From: Macrostomum lignano
Taxonomy: Eukaryota
NCBI GenBank assembly: GCA_002269645.1
Contig: NIVC01004817.1
Location: 1-34,252 of the forward strand
DNA: 34,252 bases
Direction of reading: 5' to 3'
Shown here: positions 1-8,512 of the stretch, one piece after another
How the letters are laid out: every line of letters begins with the position of its first letter
Numbering within the stretch: the first letter of the stretch is position 1
Notes under the pieces: generated by a model
The model's database searches: none
Seen by the model: the letters and a program-made list of their open reading frames with translations, nothing else
What the model was told of the DNA's origin: nothing
Translations under genes and position numbers: made by a program

Positions 1-3000
1 TTGCTGCTGCCTTGGCTTTGCTGTCAGCTGCTTTCAGCATTCAGGTAAGCATCATAATTAGCTGTCCGCTTCTGAACGGGGAATTCACCTGACTGTATTG
101 ATCGATTTCAGGTGACATCTGCAGCAAGTTCGACGCGAAAGTACAGGCAAAGTGCTCACTCGGCACAGCTGAAAATGTCTGCGAGTAATTCATTGTGAAG
201 CTTTCTACTGTAACTGCACTCCTGATCTCACTCGCATCTCTTATCACTCCTGATCTCACTCGCATCTCTTATCACTCCTGATCTCACTCGCATCTCTTAT
301 CACTCCTAGCTGATCTCACTCGCATCTCTTATCACTCCTAGCTGATCTCACTCGCATCTCTTATCACTCCTGATCTCACTCGCATTGTCACTCTTATGTC
401 ACTCCTGATCTCATCGCATCTCTTATCACTCTGATCTTACTCGTATTGTCACTTTATCGTCACTCCTAATTTCCACTCTCATTGTCCCTTTTATCATCAC
501 TTCAAAGTTCGAAAAGCACCAATTTCCCACCAGCTAATTATAACAAACCATAATAATACTTTGTGACTGCATCGCTCGCAGACTGCCATCCCATGTGAAA
601 CCGTTAAACTATCAGCTGTTCTTTGAGCCCAACTTAGCGTCAAACATCCTGGCTGGAAAAATGATTGCAAAAATTGCAGTGAGTGACGTTTTGAAGCTTT
701 CTGAGTATGAAAAGTTGGGAAGGAGAGATGAGAGGGGATGGGTGTAAAAGGAGAGATAAATACTAACAACGAAGCTCATTATAAATTTCAGATATCCGGG
801 CAGTCACTTCAATAGTTCTCAACGGCAACGCGGTGCTTCTGACAGGCGCTCCCAGTCTGAGCGGACGTGAGTAGGATTCCTTGCTGTTGCTGTTGGGAAA
901 ATGCTTCATGTGGCTGCGTGAAGTGCAGATTTTAATTGCTACTGGATAGTTTTAGAGCTGATGATGGGCAAATTGACCGCGGAGACCTTAATTGATTGTC
1001 TCCTCTCCAGTCACTAGCAATCTTCGCCTCTAGTTAGGAAAAGCAAAAAGAAATAAATTGAACACTAAGCAATTCATGTACAAGCCTTGTGAAGTTGCAT
1101 TGCTAGTTTCCTAAATAAAAATATGTTTAAAGCAAAAATGCATCCTAAAAGGATAAAATATTGGCATCCTGTTTGAGCTATCTAGCAATAAGAGTTATGC
1201 TAGTCGTACAGTTTTTAAAGATAAGCTTGCACACTTTGGAAACACCCTGATTGTTATTAGGTGAAGTTGTATTGATTCAATATAGTGTATCAACCTTGTT
1301 TGAGATTAGAAGAAGTCCGAGATTTGTGCTAAAAGAAACCAGCTTGAAGCTGTGCTTCAAGTTCATTTAAACTGCTGTCTGTTTATTATTGAGCATGAAA
1401 AATACAAGTAATTGCTTTTCTACTCACTCAACCACTTCTACCTTTTCAGGTTCGCCTCTGAACGTGACGTGACGGACGCACAAATGATCAGTCTGAATTT
1501 TGCTGACCAGTCCTCCGGGCATCTGGAGCTCTACGCATCGTTCACAGCTCGCATCAACACCCGTCTATCTGGCGTGTTTCGAGTATCTTCACCACCTGGT
1601 AGCCCGCCACACTTGGACTCGATAATAATTGCCACTATTTCCAGCCCACAGACGCTCGGAAAGCGTTTCCGTGCTGGGACGAGCCGGCAATGAAGGCCAC
1701 CTTCGATCTGACCCTGACAGTCCGGCTGACCTACTCGCGCTGTCCAACTCGCCTGAGGTGTCACGGAAGCTAATAACACACTCGTCGTCTTCCAAAAATC
1801 AAAGCGCCGCTCGGGTCGAAGTCCGATTCGCTCGTACACCGCCAATGTCAACCTACCTGCTGGCATTCGTCATAGGTCGGTTCGACCAACCGTTGAAAAC
1901 CGTCGACGAAAATGGTATAACATCAGAGTCTACACGCCTCCAGGACGCCGCCATGAAGGCTCGTTTTCGTTGGGCATCGCCAACAAAACCTTGACACATT
2001 TTGGTAAACTGTTTGGCACGAATTATCCCCTGTCTAAGATTGACCTCGTGTCCTTGCCAGACTTTCCTAGCGTGGCCATGGAGAACTGGGGCCTAGTGCT
2101 CTTCCATGAGCCCAGCTTGCTGCATCGAAAGACACACCAGAGGCACTTCGCGCATTCGTTGCTACGACCGTGATTCACGAGCTGGCTCACCAGTGGTTCG
2201 GCAATCTAGTTTCGCCCGCCTGGTGGTCCGACCTTTGGCTAAACGAGGGATTCGCCACTTGGTTGTCATACAACGAATTAGACGCAATTCGGCCTGGCTT
2301 GATCGACTCGCGGAGCTGGTTTCGTAAGCACCGAGCTGCTGAGCGCCATGAGCGACGACGCTCTGGAAGCTTCGCACCCGGTCGAGGCCGACGTTCATCG
2401 ACCGGAGGACACGGCGGAAGTGTTCGACTCGATCAGCTACGGCAAAGGCGCGGCCCTCGTTGGCATGCTGCACGACTGGCTGGGACGCGAGAACTTCTTC
2501 GCTGGTCTGCGCAACTACATTCACCGGCATCGATTCGGCAACGCTGCCACCAGCGACCTATGGAAGGCGCTACAGGAGACGCTCAATGACAGACCCGCTG
2601 GAGAACCGTCGATAGCGGAGGTGATGCACGACTGGACAACGCGGAAAAGCTTCCCGGTGATTTTCGCTTCCATAAGACTGACAAATCTGGTTGCAATTTA
2701 AGACTCAGACAGAGCCGCTACCGTCTGCCAGGAGCTGATCGCCTTCACGACCGGTGGCTTTGGCGCATCCCGATCGTGATAGCAACGCAGGACGGCGACG
2801 TTATCAGACGGGTCATGACCAGATCGAGAATGACTATCCAACTGCCTAACTGCGGTTGGGCCATGCTTAATCCCAATGCTACTGGTTTCTATCGAACCTC
2901 TTACCCGCGCAGTCTGATGACCGAGCTGCTGAGAGAAGCAGTCAGAGGCGGCATAGACCATCGGGTCGTTTATTGCTGCTGGATGATGTGTTCGCGATGC

Positions 3001-3881
3001 ATGCAGCGGACCGAGTCTGGGCGGAGGATCCACTGCATGCTGTACATGTGTTGCGTCACGACTCCAGCCTACAGGTGTGGACAAACATGCTGAATCATCT
3101 GTACGAGATGGGTGGTGCGGTGCCAATGAGTGATACAAAGGCTTTTAATAACTGGCAGCGCTATGTTCACGATTTGTGCTTGACTCGATTGAGAGCCCGG
3201 AACAGTAGCGGGTTCGAGAGAGTTCGAGCAACTTGTTTGGATTACGCAGGCGATAGAAACGTCGAAAACTGGGCAGTGAAAGCGTTTCCTCGGTGGCTAC
3301 ATGGCACCAGACCAGAGACTATTTCGCCAGACTTGTGGAGCGTTGTGTGCCGAATCGCAGCTGGTGGCAGCAGCGGCGGCATCGGCGTGTCGCATTTCTG
3401 GCAGCTCTTGTCGGTATTGAATCGCACACAGTCGATAGCCCGACGGGAGGAAATCATCGGCTGTCTGGGTGCCTTTGAGGACAAGAAGCGGCCCGAAGTG
3501 GAGAAACGGCTGATCTCTCTGGCGCTAGGCCCGGAGCTGCAAGCTTCAGAGGTGCTTTGTCTGGTCGACGGTCTGAGCTCCAGATCGGTTTGGCGTCTCC
3601 TCACTCGACACTGGACTGCGATTGCGCATCGATTCGAAGGTCCCTACATGTTGAAACGCCTGATAAACGGACTGGCGTTTCGTTCAACGTCGGGTATCCG
3701 GCGTGTCCGACGGTTCTTCCGAAGCCACTCGGCTGTTGGAGTTCAAGACGCCGTGCGACGGCAGATCGAACGAATCCGTCTGGCAGCGGAGCGAGTCGGA
3801 AAGGACCGGGTGGAGATGCGAGTTTTGGTTAATCGGGTGTTGGGTGGGCGTAACAGCTGGAAAAGACTCGGTTGGGATTAG
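1..3881 (+). pseudogene. M1 aminopeptidase copy 1 (5'-truncated by window edge; multiple frameshifts, pseudogene or uncorrected sequencing errors)
   Basis: Exons inferred by alignment to copy 2: <1-44, 112-146, 582-678, 792-866, 1450-3881. [27 protein letters not shown] and SYGKG motifs are spread over several frames. About ten small indels lie before ~2970; the frame is continuous from 2973 to the stop at 3881. Confidence 0.85.
217..480. repeat. 28/36-bp minisatellite (CTCCTGATCTCACTCGCATCTCTTATCA) in aminopeptidase intron 2, copy 1
   Basis: Directly visible tandem units. Confidence 0.9.
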
Positions 3882-4244
3882 CAGCATTGCTTGATGTGAC
3901 TTTTACTCAGTTGACTGTGAACAAGCGATAATTTAATTCCAAATAATTGGGATTGTTATAGAATAGAGTATTGATTTAATGTCATGACTTAGGCTAGGAT
4001 TCCTCGACTACGACATCTCTGCACGACTCTTCTCCCACTCAATACAAGAATTATTATAAAAAATTTGGTGACAGGCCTACTCAACAAGGACGATAAATGT
4101 TTTAGCCATCAAAACACTCTACTAGCAACACAGAGGTTGTAGCCACAAACTAAACGAAACACATCCCAAGTCAATGAGAGATTGCTTAGTGCAGGTGGTT
4201 TTCCTGTTTATGTATTGAGATGCAGTACCCCACTGAGGTTAAGG

Positions 4245-4388
4245 AGGCATAACTTTTGAAGAGTTGGTGATATTTTCAAAATTCTTTGACTCTTTGATTT
4301 GTAAGTAAAGCCGCTATGAAATAATTTTTTTGCTGCTATTCTTGCTGGCTGTTGAATGTTAAAGTTGACTTTTTGGACACCCCTCGTA
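4245..4388. mobile_element. Tc1/mariner-like MITE end fragment
   Basis: Reverse complement reads TA-CGAGGGGTGTCCAAAAAGTCAAC, resembling mariner-type TIR plus TA target. No partner end found. Confidence 0.4.
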
Positions 4389-4559
4389 TAAACTATTTTG
4401 AATAAAAATGGACCGATGATACACGTTCACAACCGTTATTGGATTGCATTGTGTACTAGAAAAGCTTTCGCGTCCAAGCAAAGGTTGAAGATCCATGGTT
4501 ACAAGCATTGCTGGCCCCTAAACCCCCTCCCTCGAGATACTGCATGCAGTTAGATGAAG

Positions 4560-4838
4560 TTAATAACTCAAGGGAGGGTCGCGAGCCAATATATAAGTTA
4601 GACTCCATTTTTGTACGGCATATAAGCTACGAGGAAAATATAGAGATTTTTGTATTTCTATATAGATATAGAAGTTAATAGAAAACAGGAGAGGAGAGAG
4701 AAATAAGTGAAGAAGAGATAGATCGGAGTAGAGAGAAGAGGAGGGATGTGAGACGCGGGCCGCATTGCTATTTTGAATTTTCAAAGGCCCCGGGGGCCGG
4801 ATAGAGAGGCTTCGCGGGCTGAAGTTTGCCGACCCCTG
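4560..4838 (-). mobile_element. hAT/Charlie-like non-autonomous element fragment
   Basis: Minus strand starts CAGGGGTCGGCAAACTTCAGCCCGCG...TCCGGCCC, the typical Charlie-type terminus. An internal TGGCTCGCGACCC motif is present; the other end is not seen. Confidence 0.45.
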
Positions 4839-5609
4839 AGATTCTAGAGCATATCTGGAGTCCATAGTGCGAAAACTAATCGAGACAATTGTTTTTGGCA
4901 AGGCAGAGTTGGGGCTTGGGAATTTTTACTGGTAGTTGCTTGGCGAAGAGAGGGGGAGAGTGCATGGGCTTAATTGTATTGCACGCGCCAAATAGAGAAA
5001 TGGAAAGACTTGCTAAAAGACATGGGGGTATCGTTCATTTGAGCAGTTAGCTGAGTATCTCAATTGCTCTGTGATCTCCAGCCACCTCTTTGAAGCAGGT
5101 GGTTTCTTTCTGGAGGAGAGCGGCTGTGAGGCGGACTCAGTCCTGCTGCTGCCGCCACGCTGACTCCAACCAAGTTCGGTGAGGATCGGGGAAGGGATCG
5201 TATCGGGGGAAAAGGCGATTGGGCTCATTTAAAGCAGCCACACTCTCTTGGACTGACAGTCTTCGTTTGTGCTCGCCATTAAAATTTTCAACTCTACATT
5301 TTGCATAGCGTCGTAAGTAGGTCGTACATTTATATGTGTTCTGTTATATGTGTTCTGTTTAATATACATAATAATGACTCTGCCTAATGAGTTTCAACTC
5401 TCGAAAAACTGTTCTCTTCTCAGCGAATATTGATATTATTCGAGAGCATCCTCAAACAAAGACTGAAAAGACTAGAAGGCTAAATCCAGGTGGATGAACA
5501 GGTAGAATGCAATGGTTGCCAAAGCATTTGGTGCCACCTGTGGAGCGTGAGGTGCAGAAAACCCGCAACCCAACTGCCCCCGGGGCCAAATGCAGTATCA
5601 ATGTAGGAT

Positions 5610-6850
5610 TCATACATCGATTTTGCGTGCTTAAATGGTCTATGCACGAGTGCGCGCAGCGCACGAGTGCCATAGACCATTTAAGCACAAAAAATCGATG
5701 TATGAGTTGCATTGTATTACGTTGGCTTAATACTTTAGATGGCGCGTTAGATGCACGCTCAGTTAATTTGTCTTAACCATAGACAAAAATGCGTGAAAGG
5801 CACGCAAGTTGATTGAGTGTTGCGAAGAAGGGAATAAGAAGCTGTTAAATTAAAATCACTTGTGAGAGAATATGGCTGAGCCACCAACTAAAGTCAGACT
5901 TCTGAATCTGAGCAAATTTCCGAACGAAATGATTTCCGGCTTGTCCACCAATGAGATTGACGACATTCTGAACGAGCCTGATAATCTACCGGAGTCGGCA
6001 ATTGATCGAGAAGAGGAGGATCTTCTGGAGGCACTTTTCAAGAAGATACCTGACGAAGAAGCTGAACTACTTGAATTGGAACAGCTCGTTTCCGAAATCG
6101 AGGACACCGCTGCTAGTAAAAGTGTGACAAAGGCTACCGAATATTATGTCGGTAAGTTGCAGAGCTTCATGGAGAACCATCCGTCAGTTCAGCGTGATTT
6201 GGCGACTTCTACACCGCGCGAGATCGACAGTCTATTGCGATACTTCTATGGCTCACTTCGCAAGAGGAATGGCGAATACTTTGCTCCAGCCACGTTGATT
6301 TGTATCCGAGCTGCGCTCTACCGGCATTTCATGTCGACAAGGCGAATCAATATTCTAACTGACGACGCATTCTATGCTTCCAATACGACACTGAAGTCAA
6401 TGGGCAGAATCTTCATTGCCCGAGGCGGACGCGCCCGACACTTCCAATCGATCGAGCCTTTCCGTGCATTACACGCACGCGTTAGACGCACGCTTGTTGC
6501 CTTTACTCAGATAGAAAATTGCCATAGACACCTACATTAGACGCACAGTAAATCGTGCATCTAACGCGCGCCAGCGTGATACAATGATATATTCCTGCAC
6601 GGTCACGAGTGCGGGAATGACATCTGCACGAGTGTGCGCTAGCGCACGAGTGCACGATGTCCTTCACGCACGAGTGAACGTGCAGGAATCCCATTGTCGG
6701 ATTATTCATCGTGCAGGAATGCACAAAACAGTGCAGGAATGCATTTCTGCGCCTAATGCTTTTTCAGTGAGATTTTACCATAGACATCCATTCCTGCACG
6801 CAAAAGAGTGCAAGAATGCCATTCCTGCATGGAAAATCAGCCGACAATGG
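5610..6850 (+). mobile_element. Putative internally deleted Crypton-type (tyrosine recombinase) element with multiple inverted repeats
   Basis: YR N-terminal ORF flanked by a hairpin (5610-5705), an inverted repeat pair (5710-5757 / 6554-6586) and a second inverted repeat pair (6691-6721 / 6820-6850). Element boundaries are uncertain. Confidence 0.55.
5872..6540 (+). CDS. Truncated Crypton/DUF3504-like tyrosine recombinase, N-terminal half only
   Basis: EIDSLLRYFYGSLRKRNGEYFAPATLICIRAALYRHF...INILTDDAFYASNTTL...GG..RHFQSIE resembles the L..FY...RK..GE.Y...L...R..L.R...NI..D..F..SN pattern of CryptonA/KCTD1/ZMYM/QRICH1-type proteins. Similarity stops near 6457, before the catalytic R..HR..Y domain. 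Confidence 0.7.
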   Translation: MAEPPTKVRLLNLSKFPNEMISGLSTNEIDDILNEPDNLPESAIDREEEDLLEALFKKIPDEEAELLELEQLVSEIEDTAASKSVTKATEYYVGKLQSFMENHPSVQRDLATSTPREIDSLLRYFYGSLRKRNGEYFAPATLICIRAALYRHFMSTRRINILTDDAFYASNTTLKSMGRIFIARGGRARHFQSIEPFRALHARVRRTLVAFTQIENCHRHLH

Positions 6851-7320
6851 TAAGTCAACAATTTTCACTACCATTCTTCTGCAACTGCTACGCTTCAGTC
6901 CTGATATCATGGGTCTGGTAGCTTTGGCAACTCTGAATCGATATCTATACGTTACCGTACGGCTCTGTTATAAAGATCTTACTGAGAAGGGATAAACCTA
7001 CACATTTTTGTCGAATTATTTCTTCAGGCTGCCCGGGATTGAAGTCCACTCGCAAAATTTATGGACAGCAATAACCTTATTTGCTTTTTCCTCATCATTT
7101 TGCATGCACAAAAACTAGTCCAATTAACCTCGAAGTCAAGCTGCAATGCTTGAAAAGTACAGCCTAAGCTGGTGAATTGTTTTTTTAACTTTCATGTTTA
7201 TAACTGCCTGAGAAATTTCTGAGAAGTCCTAACGGCTTTCGTAGTCTTTGTTTATTACTGTAAGCTCATTTCTGCATTGAGGCTAGAAATTTTTCATGCA
7301 ATGGGTGCTTTGCTTCTTGC

Positions 7321-8194
7321 ACTGGTAGCTGGTAGCTACGAGCGTAGTACAAACTGGTAGCTTGCACTGGTAGCTGGTACAAACTGGTAGCTTTCACTGG
7401 TAGCTGGTACAAACTGGTAGCTTTCACTGGTAGCTGGTACAAACTGGTAGCTTGCACTGGTAGCTGGTACAAACTGGTAGCTTTCACTGGTAGCTGGTAC
7501 AAACTGATAGCTTTCACTGGTAGCTGGTACAAACTGGTAGCTTTCACTGGTAGCTGGTACAAACTGGTAGCTTTCACTGGTAGCTGGTACAAACTGGTAG
7601 CTTGCACTGGTAGCTGGTACAAACTGGTAGCTTTCACTGGTAGCTGGTACAAACTGGTAGCTTTCACTGGTAGCTGGTACAAACTGGTAGCTTTCACTGG
7701 TAGCTGGTACAAACTGGTAGCTTTAACTGGTAGCTGGTACAAACTGGTAGCTTTCACTGGTAGCTTTCACTGGTAGCTGGTACAAACTGGTAGCTTTCAC
7801 TGGTAGCTGGTACAAACTGGTAGCGTGCACTGGTAGCTGGTACAAACTGGTAGCTTTCACTGGTAGCTGGTACAAACTGGTAGCTTGCACTGGTAGCTGG
7901 TACAAACTGGTAGCTTGCACTGGTAGCTGGTACAAACTGGTAGCTTTCACTGGTAGCTGGTACAAACTGGTAGCTTGCACTGGTAGCTGGTACAAACTGG
8001 TAGCTTTCACTGGTAGCTGGTACAAACTGGCAGCTTGCACTGGTAGCTGGTACAAACTGGTAGCTTGCACTGGTAGCTGGTACAAACTGGTAGCTTTCAC
8101 TGGTAGCTGGTACAAACTGGTAGCTTGCACTGGTAGCTGGTACAAACTGGTAGCTTGCATTGGTAGCTGGTACAAACTGGTAGCTTGCACTGGT
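7321..8194. repeat. 30-bp minisatellite (ACTGGTAGCTGGTACAAACTGGTAGCTTTC), ~29 copies
   Basis: Directly visible; TTC/TGC variants; built from ACTGGTAGCT subrepeats. Confidence 0.95.
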
Positions 8195-8512
8195 TCTTCG
8201 TATTGAAAATGCCATTAGATTAGGCAAACCTTTTCTTCCGATTGCTTTTGAAATAATATTGATAGAATTAAGTGGATTATAGAGGCTGTGAAAACTTCTT
8301 CTGAAAGCCTGCTCTTGCCTACTACAATTGCTTTACAGCCTGTTCAAACAAAGTCGGTGCAAAGTTAAAAAGAACAAACAGAGCTCTATAAGAGCGACAA
8401 GCGACAAGCCACAGTGATCCGACATTGAACGAAGCCCAGCTGAAGTCAGGAAAATCTCAGAGTCGACAAAGAATCAACCACCACTGTCTCACAGCAAAGG
8501 GGCACAAGAGCA

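Larger units (their letters stand above)
1..3946 (+). repeat. Segmental duplication copy A (paralogous to ~8551-12909)
   Basis: Exons, introns and 3' flank align to copy B. Identity ends abruptly after ...TTTAATTCCAAATAA (3946 / 12909). Confidence 0.9.

Noticed and set aside
1531-3894. Antisense and alternate-frame ORFs overlapping the aminopeptidase (also 10513-12857)
   Set aside because: Shadows of a GC-rich coding exon with no independent motifs
4900-5280. GC-richer segment with short minus-strand ORFs
   Set aside because: No recognisable domain in any frame; possibly a decayed element but unsupported
5484-5606. Plus-frame peptide EQVECNGCQSIWCHLWSV resembling part of a PHD finger
   Set aside because: Short, bounded by stops, incomplete ligand set, no convincing splice sites
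7266-8227. Long minus-strand ORFs (KATSLYQLPV)n / (ATSASYQFVP)n
   Set aside because: Products of a 30-bp stop-free minisatellite; open in several frames, with no splice or domain context
8386-8395. TATAAG about 120 bp upstream of the aminopeptidase ATG
   Set aside because: Too short and common to call a promoter without TSS data
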